Source of the DNA: a virus
Lineage: Duplodnaviria; Caudoviricetes
Reading direction: 5' to 3' (one strand)
Virus record (IMG/VR): IMGVR_UViG_3300026288_000092
Span: 1-38,305 of that record
DNA: 38,305 nt
The translations under genes were made by a program, and so were the position numbers. The notes below the pieces were generated by a model. It worked only from the letters and a program-made list of their open reading frames with translations, ran no database searches and was not told the DNA's origin. Below are positions 1 to 7,668 of this stretch, piece by piece; the stretch's first letter is position 1, and every line of letters starts with the position of its first letter.

Positions 1-1224
1 TTATGTTTTCTGCCACGGCCCTCCTAAGTTGCCCAGTGAAAACCCACTAAACTGTTGATTTGTAACTCGATATTGAGATGGTCCCGATATCGAGAATGAT
101 TGGCGAAAAAGGGGGTTTGTGGCAGGTTTGGTGTCACAAGGTGCCTCAGTAGGGTCCCCAGCAGCGGGTTGAGCGGGAACCGGCAGAGGTGTCGGCAGGG
201 GGGCTGAAACCACCCTTGGGGCCTTCCTGGTCAACAGCACTTCAATCCCTTTGACGTGTTCCGCAGCAAGGTGGATGTACTTCTGCGAGACCTGAAGGCT
301 TGAGTGCCCCATGAACGCCATGATCTGCGGTGCGGTGGCCCCAGCGAAGGCCAGCCGGGTGGCTGTGGTATGACGCAGGGTGTGCACGATGAAGAACGGG
401 TCTTGCTCTCGATGTAGGGCCTCCCGGAGCTGGGACCATTGCGACCTCAGGATTGAGTCTGTGAGGCTCTGAAACACGCGGGGGCTACCGACCCCCTTGG
501 CAGCTTCAAAGACGGCAACCACGGACTCCGTAGCGGGCACAGCGCGGGCCTTACCGCTCTTGGTTTCCCCAGCATGCAGGATGACCAGACCGCCAGCTAA
601 GTCGGCAGGGACCAGCCGCAGCATCTCCGTGCGGCGGAACCCAGTGTCGATGCCAACCGTGATGAAGTTCGCCAGGGCATTCAGACCCAGCCGCTCGCAT
701 GTGTCCAGCATCAGCTTCTCGGTCTCCTCCGTGTACCAGCCGATGCGACATTCCGATTCTTTCCTCCTGAGGATGTCCGGTAGGTCCTTCACCCACCCTT
801 TGCGGCGGGCGTTGCGCAGGGACACGCTCAGGGCGGACAGCTTGCGGTTGATCGTGGACCCGGTGATTCCGCGCTCAATCAGCTCCGCAACGGCGTCGTC
901 CACGTCACTCGTCATGAGGCTCACCAGCGGGCGGTCCCATCCGAGGATGGCGGCGATGTCGCGCACATTCAGCTCCGTAGTGCGTCGGCTCTTGGTGTCC
1001 AGCCAGTGGTCCCGAATAGCGGCCTCGACAGCGTGCCCCACAGTCTTTGCTGGGTCACCCTGGGCGCGGGCCGCTACACGTCGCAGCTTTTCATCGCGCA
1101 ACTCGGCCAGCAGGGCCAGTTCAAGGGCCTCGGCTTCCGCTCTGGTGGAGGTCGTCTCGCGCTTTCGCGCAGCCCCTGACCCCACGGACACCTGAAAGGC
1201 GCCTCCTCGTTCATAGATAGGCAT
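1..1224 (-). CDS. int: Tyrosine recombinase / phage integrase
   Basis: Catalytic motifs DTGFRRTE (R), GETKSG (K), HTLRHT (HxxR), MGHSS (H), SQKYIH (Y) all present. Pro-rich C-terminal tail. Confidence 0.95.
   Translation of the reverse strand: MPIYERGGAFQVSVGSGAARKRETTSTRAEAEALELALLAELRDEKLRRVAARAQGDPAKTVGHAVEAAIRDHWLDTKSRRTTELNVRDIAAILGWDRPLVSLMTSDVDDAVAELIERGITGSTINRKLSALSVSLRNARRKGWVKDLPDILRRKESECRIGWYTEETEKLMLDTCERLGLNALANFITVGIDTGFRRTEMLRLVPADLAGGLVILHAGETKSGKARAVPATESVVAVFEAAKGVGSPRVFQSLTDSILRSQWSQLREALHREQDPFFIVHTLRHTTATRLAFAGATAPQIMAFMGHSSLQVSQKYIHLAAEHVKGIEVLLTRKAPRVVSAPLPTPLPVPAQPAAGDPTEAPCDTKPATNPLFRQSFSISGPSQYRVTNQQFSGFSLGNLGGPWQKT
48..60 (-). promoter_or_regulatory. IHF consensus site in int 3' end (probable att arm)
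   Basis: Minus strand AATCAACAGTTTA matches WATCAANNNNTTR exactly. Confidence 0.55.
66..95. promoter_or_regulatory. Putative repressor operator pair
   Basis: TGAGATGGTCCCGATATCGAGA (74-95), with a degenerate unit CTCGATATTGAG starting 17 bp before the core. Same motif at 3956, 4582, 21525 and 38231. Confidence 0.7.
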
Positions 1225-1228
1225 TCAA

Positions 1229-1615
1229 TTACTCCTTAGGACGTGTCACAGTGATCCCAGCAGGACCGGCCATCCGCATCAGCACCGCGCGTAGGAGGCG
1301 GTAGCCGTCTGCGGTGAGCTGGACCACTTTCCGGCGCCTGTTTAGGGCGTCATAGTCAGATGTCACCAAATCCATACCGATCTTGCGGGTCGCCTGGAGC
1401 GGGCCAAGTGCATCGACGTGCCGCGAAGCGGACGAGAGGGTGGTTCCAGTCAGCTTTCCAAGCTCGGTCACGGTGCTGCCTGGATTCAACGCTGCTGCAA
1501 CGAGAGTCTTGAGCTGCGCTACCGTCATATTCGGATGTACGCCCCCCAGTTCCTCCAACACCGCATACAGGCGGTTCGTTGCAATACGCTCCTCGATTGT
1601 TAGTTTTTCGTTCAC
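1229..1615 (-). CDS. MarR-like winged-helix regulator, probable lysogeny repressor
   Basis: MTVAQLKTL...TVTELGKLTGTTLSSASRHVDAL HTH, then LVTSDYDALNRRRKVVQLTADG wing. GTG start with AAGGA SD, directly upstream of int. Confidence 0.85.
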   Translation of the reverse strand: MNEKLTIEERIATNRLYAVLEELGGVHPNMTVAQLKTLVAAALNPGSTVTELGKLTGTTLSSASRHVDALGPLQATRKIGMDLVTSDYDALNRRRKVVQLTADGYRLLRAVLMRMAGPAGITVTRPKE

Positions 1616-2001
1616 AGCGTTTCCTTGGTCGGCTGTAGATTAGATGGAGAGGCCCTAAGAAGACCTCAAATCCACCGCAGTACGTTCGGTCGAACGCTGC
1701 ATACGGCGGCGCTAAGGGGGCGGTCGTGAGAATTACTTCGTGCCCAGCTACTTTGACGTGCATCAAAACGACGATCCTATGTTATGGATAAAGAAGGATC
1801 ATAACTACCGTTACCGGCAGTAACTCGATTCAATGATTGTCCCGGCAGCGGGAGAGGATGTTACACCGGACCTGTTGCGCAAGCCCCTGTTTCCATGGTT
1901 AAGTCGCGTTAAAACAACGGGAATTACCCGGTAATTTGAGTGTTTTTTGGTTACTTTTATGCCGGGGAAAGCCCAGCAGAATCGGCCACCAGAGTAAGCA
2001 A

Positions 2002-2064
2002 CGGCATCGAGAAGGTGTGACATATCGAGAGCGTTTCTGTATCGGGAAAGAATTGATGTCGGAA
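2002..2064. promoter_or_regulatory. Array of four degenerate operator units upstream of repressor
   Basis: ATCGAGA (2006), ATCGAGA (2024), ATCGGGA (2041), GTCGGAA (2058): 17-18 bp period, as in the operator pairs. Confidence 0.5.
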
Positions 2065-2067
2065 GTG

Positions 2068-2376
2068 TTAGGGCGCACGGAAAAGAGTGGCTTCGGGGCA
2101 CTCAGCCTTGACGGCCTCAAACGCCTCCGCGCGGCTCCGCGCTCGCACATAGACCTCAGTGGATAGGTCCGGCGTGAACGCGCACCACAGGGGGGCACCT
2201 CCACCGCCCCAGTAGGTCCCATCGGGGGCGTAGTCGCCATCCACAAACCGGACACGCTGGAGATACAGCGGGGACGGCTCGCCCAGGACGTTCCTACGGC
2301 CCAGCGGTGCCCCGTACCGACTACCGACCGGGCGCAAGAGCAGGATGTGGTTTATGTCGATGCGTGCCATGGTCAT
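2068..2376 (-). CDS. Early phage hypothetical protein
   Basis: YGAPLGR...LYLQRV...GDYAPDGTYWG motif typical of a phage hypothetical family. ATGA overlap with the upstream gene. Confidence 0.7.
   Translation of the reverse strand: MTMARIDINHILLLRPVGSRYGAPLGRRNVLGEPSPLYLQRVRFVDGDYAPDGTYWGGGGAPLWCAFTPDLSTEVYVRARSRAEAFEAVKAECPEATLFRAP
2079..2103 (-). terminator. Possible intrinsic terminator at end of early operon
   Basis: GAGTG-ccccgaagc-CACTC followed by TTTTCC; short stem. Confidence 0.4.
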
Positions 2377-2597
2377 GCCCCCAGCTCGGCCAGCTCAAGG
2401 GGGAGCGAAAAGCCCACGGGGCCAGAGCGGCGCAGGCTCACGCGGAACCCCTCGGACGCCGGGAAGCGCCCAATGGTGGCCTCGACAGCGCTGCGGGTGA
2501 CCCCCTCGGGGAACACCACGCGGGCGTATTTGGCGAACTTCTGGGCGGGACAAGCGCGGCGGGTGATGTTCAAGATCGGGCGGATTTCGTTTGTCAT
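2373..2597 (-). CDS. Early hypothetical protein (74 aa, MTNEIRP...)
   Basis: Fills the gap between neighbouring early genes. Start re-called from the 152-aa ORF to avoid overlap. Confidence 0.55.
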   Translation of the reverse strand: MTNEIRPILNITRRACPAQKFAKYARVVFPEGVTRSAVEATIGRFPASEGFRVSLRRSGPVGFSLPLELAELGA

Positions 2598-2631
2598 ATT
2601 GATTCTCTGAAAGGAGTTTTCTGCGGCCACG

Positions 2632-3243
2632 TCAAGCGGCCCAAACGGCAGGCATGTACGGGCCTGCATGGGTCCCCTCTGCGGGCCAGCTATGGACCGG
2701 GGAGATAACACCGACGAACTCGGGGGCGGCTTCATCGCTGTCCAGCGCCGGGAAAGTGACGATTCCGGGGTGATTGGGGCCGTTGTAGTGGATGCACGGA
2801 ATAGCCGGGTTGCCCAGCCGCTGATTTGCAACCGCAGCAGCCAACCGGCCGAACAAGTTCAAGCTGTGGGGCGCGTATTGCGCCGGCTCCCCGGTGATCT
2901 GTGCCGGAAAGACATCCCGCCAAGGTAAGCCGCCTTGGGCATTGGCCGGCTCGGACCAACGCACCCGGACCAGCTTTTGGGTGAACCTTGGCTGAACCTC
3001 TCGCCGCGCCGGCTTCGGCGGTTTTGGGTCGATCATGTAGGGTGTTGGCCCCAGCTCGCGCCCGCCCTCCGCGTAGTGCAGGACGGCCAGGGCGAACCCG
3101 TTGGATGCGGCCAGGGTGAACCCGCTACGGTAGACCCGCGAGCGCTCCACCCATACCCCCCGATAAGAGCTGCGGATGTCCTTGGGGACGGTGAACCGCG
3201 CCAAGGCTTTTAAATGTGCTGCGGGCACGTCGATGCTAGGCAT
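2632..3243 (-). CDS. Beta sliding clamp-like phage protein (degenerate, 203 aa)
   Basis: AGGAG SD. KDIRSSYRGVWVE, LAASNGFALA, LPWRDVFP and FVGVISPV resemble DnaN motifs (R-x-x-L-x-G-V, ATDGHRLA, FPDYRRVIP, vimPmr). Confidence 0.55.
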   Translation of the reverse strand: MPSIDVPAAHLKALARFTVPKDIRSSYRGVWVERSRVYRSGFTLAASNGFALAVLHYAEGGRELGPTPYMIDPKPPKPARREVQPRFTQKLVRVRWSEPANAQGGLPWRDVFPAQITGEPAQYAPHSLNLFGRLAAAVANQRLGNPAIPCIHYNGPNHPGIVTFPALDSDEAAPEFVGVISPVHSWPAEGTHAGPYMPAVWAA

Positions 3244-3345
3244 GGATTTTTCTCCTTTGTACGGGCCAAAGCGGCCCCCAAAGGGCACCCCCCACGGCCA
3301 CTCTAAGCGGCCCCTCCGGGTGCCCTTCAGGCGCAGTTCTGGCGC

Positions 3346-3771
3346 TCAGTGCGTGATGACCTGTCCCCGTGCGGCGCCTGGGACGCATGCCATAGCGACA
3401 GCCTCAAGGGCGCGGATGGTGGTTCCATGGCCGCAGCCCGACACCTCGAAAGGCAACAGCCAGCCAGCCGCACGCAGCGCCACAGCAATCGCCGCGCTGG
3501 GCTTGTGGTATCCGCAGCCGGTGACGTACCCCCAGCCGCTGGCGCCGCCCCCCTTAAGGCTTTCCGGGGCCGTCCACACGGATGCCCACAGGCGCCCGGC
3601 GCCATCGCCATGCCGCGATCCGTAAACGCGGGCGGTAACGGGGTTAGACAAGCCTCCTTCAGCATCGACCACGACAGCCGAATAGGCGTGCAGCAGCTCT
3701 TTTTCGGGGCTCATGTTCCGGGCGCGATGAGAGCCTAGGCTCGTGGGGTCAAAGGTGACTAGTTCCGCCAT
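3346..3771 (-). CDS. Early phage hypothetical protein
   Basis: GGGGAG SD; GxGYHKPSAA motif; lies in the early operon. Confidence 0.7.
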   Translation of the reverse strand: MAELVTFDPTSLGSHRARNMSPEKELLHAYSAVVVDAEGGLSNPVTARVYGSRHGDGAGRLWASVWTAPESLKGGGASGWGYVTGCGYHKPSAAIAVALRAAGWLLPFEVSGCGHGTTIRALEAVAMACVPGAARGQVITH

Positions 3772-3773
3772 GG

Positions 3774-3866
3774 TCACTCCCCTGTATCGCCATCGGCGTG
3801 CTGGGCTTCGTTCACAGCCTCTGCCAGCTCGGGGCAGTCGTGAAAGAGGTCGTAGAGGTCACTCAT
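3774..3866 (-). CDS. Small acidic peptide, 30 aa (MSDLYDLFHDCPELAEAVNEAQHADGDTGE), not in ORF track
   Basis: GGAG SD upstream of ATG; stop lies 2 nt before the next start; 9 D/E and no K/R. Confidence 0.55.
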   Translation of the reverse strand: MSDLYDLFHDCPELAEAVNEAQHADGDTGE

Positions 3867-3955
3867 CTTCAAATCTCCGTTGGTGCTTGATCGGTAGGGG
3901 CGAATCCCCCCAGAGAACCCGGCTCGGACCCTCTGGGGGGACCTCTCGGCAAACC

Positions 3956-3977
3956 CGAGATAGTCCCGATATCGAGA
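3956..3977. promoter_or_regulatory. Putative repressor operator
   Basis: CGAGATAGTCCCGATATCGAGA, intergenic after the first early gene. Confidence 0.7.
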
Positions 3978-3980
3978 GGG

Positions 3981-4538
3981 TTAGGACGAACGAAGGCCCT
4001 CTAGGAAATGAGCCTCAAGTCCCTGGAGGTCTCCTCGGTGGGTGTCCGCGTGAGCCTGGACGACAGCAAACACCCAGCTTTTTTGATCCTGGACGAATCC
4101 GCCCTCGGTGCGCTCGTGGAACCAAACCTGCCCGAGAGTGTCAGCAACGAACAGGGCGTATTCGATTGAGTCTGTACCGAAAGTGCGAGCAAGTTCGGTG
4201 AGCTGCATACGGACAGCAGCCAGTTCCCCGGCGACTGTGAAGTCACCCGTAGAGGCGATATGGGCCATGTCATGCCAGTAGCGGAAAGCGTAATTGGCCT
4301 CCGCACTGCCATAGATGGTGGCGTCCGATCCGCCTGCCCAAACCGGGAAGGGAACCCGCTCACACTGCGAACGGCGTACAGCAGCCAGGACAGCTTCGTA
4401 GGTCTCCGGGGCATCACCAGCCGGCTCGTAGCTGAATCCAACATCACGGGCCAAACGGGCAGCTCTCTGGATCATCCAGCGGCCCAGCTCGGCGCCTGCT
4501 TTGTTCATCGTGTATTCGTTGACGGGGGTCTTAATCAA
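3981..4538 (-). CDS. First early gene, hypothetical with FRYWHDMAH motif
   Basis: TTG start with AGGAG SD, just downstream of the sigma70 promoter. Confidence 0.75.
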   Translation of the reverse strand: MIKTPVNEYTMNKAGAELGRWMIQRAARLARDVGFSYEPAGDAPETYEAVLAAVRRSQCERVPFPVWAGGSDATIYGSAEANYAFRYWHDMAHIASTGDFTVAGELAAVRMQLTELARTFGTDSIEYALFVADTLGQVWFHERTEGGFVQDQKSWVFAVVQAHADTHRGDLQGLEAHFLEGLRSS

Positions 4539-4573
4539 GGTTTTCTCCTGGGTGGTTACGGTCTGTGAATCAA

Positions 4574-4603
4574 ACCGATGTCGAGAGTATCCCGATATCG
4601 AGA
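4574..4603. promoter_or_regulatory. Tandem operator overlapping early promoter
   Basis: CCGATGTCGAGAGTAT / CCGATATCGAGAGTAT direct repeat with 17-bp period, covering the spacer, -10 and +1. Confidence 0.75.
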
Positions 4604-4615
4604 GTATTAAGTCAA
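4586..4615 (-). promoter_or_regulatory. Host sigma70 early promoter, T7 A1-like
   Basis: TTGACT-N18-GATACT (same hexamers as T7 A1), with AT-rich UP-like DNA at 4616-4660. Confidence 0.75.
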
Positions 4616-4667
4616 TCGGAATTAACTAATTGAATTTTCAATTCGATAGTTTCAAGCTAAACCTCTT

Positions 4668-4838
4668 GGGTGGCCCGGTGTAGTGCCTGGAGGTGGCCTA
4701 GAGGTGCAGTGCCTGGAGGTGGCCTGGAGGTGGCCTGGGGGTGCCTGGAGGTGGCCTGGAGGTGGCCTGGAGGTGGCTCGGTGCAGTGCCTGGGGTGGCT
4801 CGGTGCAGTGCCTGGAGGTGGCCTAGAGGTGGCATGGG
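4668..4838. repeat. Degenerate tandem repeat, ~11-bp unit GCCTGGAGGTG
   Basis: More than ten imperfect units with interspersed GGTGCAGT. Position is analogous to the T7 left-end short repeats. Confidence 0.9.
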
Positions 4839-4859
4839 GTTATAAAGAATTCTGTCTTT

Positions 4860-5595
4860 ATAACTAAAAGGAATAACAACTACAGATAGCCAAAGATGCA
4901 GTGATATAGCTATTGGCTATTAACAACTGGTTCATCATATCAAATAGCTATAAAGAACCACACCCAGTGACTCTCAAGGCCCCGAATCCGCCCCCCTGTG
5001 GATGCCCCATCCGCTGCGGTCCCCTTAAGAATCAATAGGTTAGCTCGCTTGTGGCAGGTGTCACGGTGTCACAGGCGCCCGGAGGGGGTGCATGGAGGTT
5101 CTCCACCGGGGAGGTAGGGGGGGGGCTTCGAGGGGGCCATGGGGGGAAATTCGCGCCGCCCCTGTATCGAGGGTGTCCTCGGACTTTTGCGGCTAATTAT
5201 TTGGGGGCTCCCCTCAGTCGCTTCGCTCTTGGGTAGACCATGATGGCTGTACCCCGCTAAGCACTCTATTGGTCCCTGGAGGCATCCCGCCAGGTCCCCG
5301 CTGGGTTCGCCTTTAGGTTCCCTTTAGGTAATCAATAGGGAGGTAGTTGAGGTAGGACTCTCTGGGAGCGAGCTGTTTTCAACTCCCCCCCTACCCCCCG
5401 TAGATTGAACCTCTAGAGGGCCTTTACGGGGTCCCAGAGATAGACAAGAGGTAGGAGCAGAGAGAACATAAACCCACATTCCACAGAGTCCATCTGGACT
5501 CCTGGTTGGCTTCACTAGTCCCCAAGCGGCAAAGTTGCCAAAGGCCGCCGTCCTACCCATGAGTAGGGACGCTCCCCAGACAAGGCCGATTCACA
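4860..5595. other. Presumed genome-end / terminal repeat junction region
   Basis: Non-coding stretch between the post-terminase phage promoter and the repeat array / early promoter. Exact ends are not determinable. Confidence 0.6.
5030..5073 (+). promoter_or_regulatory. IHF consensus plus arm-like motif near genome ends
   Basis: AATCAATAGGTTA (5030-5042), then TTGTGGCAGGTGTCACGGTGTCACA, similar to TTGTGGCAGGTTTGGTGTCACA at 117-138. Confidence 0.5.
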
Positions 5596-5625
5596 CCGGG
5601 TTGTCCAATAAGGGTCGTTTTTATT
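5596..5625 (-). promoter_or_regulatory. Phage RNAP promoter (phiOR-like)
   Basis: AATAAAAACGACCCTTATTGGACAACCCGG, identical at 25052 and 35659. Confidence 0.88.
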
Positions 5626-5658
5626 AATCGTGAGGTTTCATGCGGGTTCCTTGCTATG

Positions 5659-5709
5659 AAAAAATAGGCCACCTGCGGAGCCCTGGAAGGGTGGTCCTGA
5701 GGTGGCCTG
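5659..5709 (-). terminator. Intrinsic terminator after large terminase
   Basis: AGGCCACCT...AGGTGGCCT stem followed by ATTTTTT. Confidence 0.65.
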
Positions 5710-5836
5710 GGGGAGGAGACTGTCTCCACTGTGTACGCTGGCGTAGGGGGTGGTGGGAACGGGGTTCCTCGGGGGTGTTTTAGGGCCTCTAGCGGCTTCC
5801 GGCCGTTGGGTGGGGGGTAGTAACCCCTGAGCCCTT

Positions 5837-7570
5837 TTAACGGCCTGAGAGCCCCCTGTTCGTGCTGAAAGCGGATGCTGCGCGGCCACGTCGCTTGCCT
5901 TTGCCCAGGGCGTTCCGAATGAAGTCCTTCAAGGTCTCGTGGATGGCCCGGTCCTTGTGGGCCTCAGCGGCTTTCTCTTGGTCACGGCTCAGTGCCTCAG
6001 ACCAGTAGCTCACAGCTTGGGCCAGGGCGTCTATGCGGTCGTCAAAGCCCAGCGAGCCACGGTCCCGTGTGATCCGGGTCAGTTGGTAGAACAGGCTCTT
6101 GCGCGGCTCGTCGCGGGTGCAGGCATAGTCCTGCTCAATGACCCTTGCGTCCACCACTAGACGGTGGCCCCCGAGTACCGGCTCAAGTGTGCTGATGATC
6201 CGCAGCTCTTTCTGGCCGTGGGAGCGCTTGGTTTCCACGGTGCACGGATAGCCAGCGGCCTTGAGCGCTTTGCGCAACAGCTCGGCAAAGGTGTTCCCCT
6301 GCGCATTGGATTCCACCCGGATCAGATTGACACCTTGGCTCTTAGCGGCCTGGGCGATCTTGCCCATGCTGGCATCACTCGGTCCCATCACGGAGTCGGA
6401 GAGGGTCAGGAACAAGTTCCCGTGGAGCTGCTTGACCACGACAAAGGCGGTCTCATCGTGGGTGCCATCTGCGTTGTCGATGGTCATGACAGCCCCGGCG
6501 TACTCAGTCAGCTCAGGGGCGTACCACATGGGGCGGTTGTACCTGTCCCCTGTGAGGCCGACAGCAGGCAGCTCGGCCAGGGCCTGTTCGGAGGCACCCG
6601 CCCAGGCGATCTTGATTGGCGCCATCGTCGGTGGCAGGCTCATCGTGATGAGGTCGGCGAGTTTCAACGGGTGCTTGTCCAGGTCGGCCAGCGTGGTGTC
6701 CAGCATGAACTGGAGCGCGAAGCCGGCTTTGCCGTAGGACACCCGGCGTTCCATGAGGTCATCGTCGGAGAACCGCTTGGGGTCAGTCGTCGTGCCTTGG
6801 AGCGATAGGTCTTTCTCCAATCGCCGAGTGATGAACGGGGCCAGGGTGCCCTTGTAGCCGTCGATCTGCTTCAGCGTGGGGTACAGCGCGGGCCACACAC
6901 GGACTTGGTAGCCGCGTTCGGGCAACTCGATGTAGAGGCTGGCCTCGCACTGGGGGGTTCCCAGATAGATGACCCGGCCACCCGGCTTCAGGATGGCGTC
7001 GAATTCCTTCACACGCTCAGCGAGCTGGTCCCGCTGGGTCTGCGTCATGGAGTTGTTGGGGACCTCCACGTCATCGGGGATGATTACGTCGGCACGGGAC
7101 CCGGTTAGTTGGCCGGTCACGCCGACTGATTTGACGGAGGGGGAGTGGTCTGCGCGGGACGGCCCCACGTCAAAGGCGATCATGGAGTCGCGCTGGCCGC
7201 GTTTCGGTTGCAGGTGTTGCACCAGCGGCATCTCCGCGATGATCCGCTTGACGAAGCTGGAGAATTGGTCGGCCCGGTCTTTCGAGGCGGACACCACCAG
7301 GATTTTTTGCTGCGGGTCGTTCCACAGCAGCCAGACCACAAAGCCAGCAGTTAGCCAAGACTTACCGACGCCACGGAAGGCTTCGATAACGCACCGACGC
7401 GGGCCGGTCTGGAGGTAACGGGCGATGTCGTACTGGACATCAGTGGGGGCGGGTAGGTTCAGGTGCTTCCACAGCAGGAAAACGAATTTCCTGAAGTCCT
7501 GCCGTGCTGGGTGCATTGCGTCAGCCAGACGGTTCAGGGGTGGGAGCGTCCCTGGAGGCTTTAACTTCAT
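5837..7570 (-). CDS. gp19: Terminase large subunit (T7 gp19-like)
   Basis: EAFRGVGKSW Walker A, GQLTGSRAD, DDVEVPNNS, YLGTPQ, DDRIDAL. Confidence 0.96.
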   Translation of the reverse strand: MKLKPPGTLPPLNRLADAMHPARQDFRKFVFLLWKHLNLPAPTDVQYDIARYLQTGPRRCVIEAFRGVGKSWLTAGFVVWLLWNDPQQKILVVSASKDRADQFSSFVKRIIAEMPLVQHLQPKRGQRDSMIAFDVGPSRADHSPSVKSVGVTGQLTGSRADVIIPDDVEVPNNSMTQTQRDQLAERVKEFDAILKPGGRVIYLGTPQCEASLYIELPERGYQVRVWPALYPTLKQIDGYKGTLAPFITRRLEKDLSLQGTTTDPKRFSDDDLMERRVSYGKAGFALQFMLDTTLADLDKHPLKLADLITMSLPPTMAPIKIAWAGASEQALAELPAVGLTGDRYNRPMWYAPELTEYAGAVMTIDNADGTHDETAFVVVKQLHGNLFLTLSDSVMGPSDASMGKIAQAAKSQGVNLIRVESNAQGNTFAELLRKALKAAGYPCTVETKRSHGQKELRIISTLEPVLGGHRLVVDARVIEQDYACTRDEPRKSLFYQLTRITRDRGSLGFDDRIDALAQAVSYWSEALSRDQEKAAEAHKDRAIHETLKDFIRNALGKGKRRGRAASAFSTNRGLSGR

Positions 7571-7580
7571 GGGCTCCTCG

Positions 7581-7621
7581 GGAAAAGAAAAAGCCCCCGC
7601 AGGGGCTACCTACGGGGGCTC
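7581..7621 (-). terminator. Intrinsic terminator-like hairpin between terminase genes
   Basis: AGCCCCCGTAGG...CCTGCGGGGGCT followed by TTTTCTTTTCC. Confidence 0.7.
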
Positions 7622-7668
7622 GTTGACTGCCCGGTCTTAGATCAGAGCAGGGGGAATAGAGGTGACGA

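Noticed and set aside
1765..1790. AAAACGAC...TGGA as a fourth, antisense phage promoter
   Set aside because: Only 8 bp match and the spacing to the downstream element is wrong.
4668..4838. Repeat array as CRISPR or as a 65-aa ORF
   Set aside because: Units are about 11 bp with no unique spacers and no cas genes; the ORF is just translated repeat.
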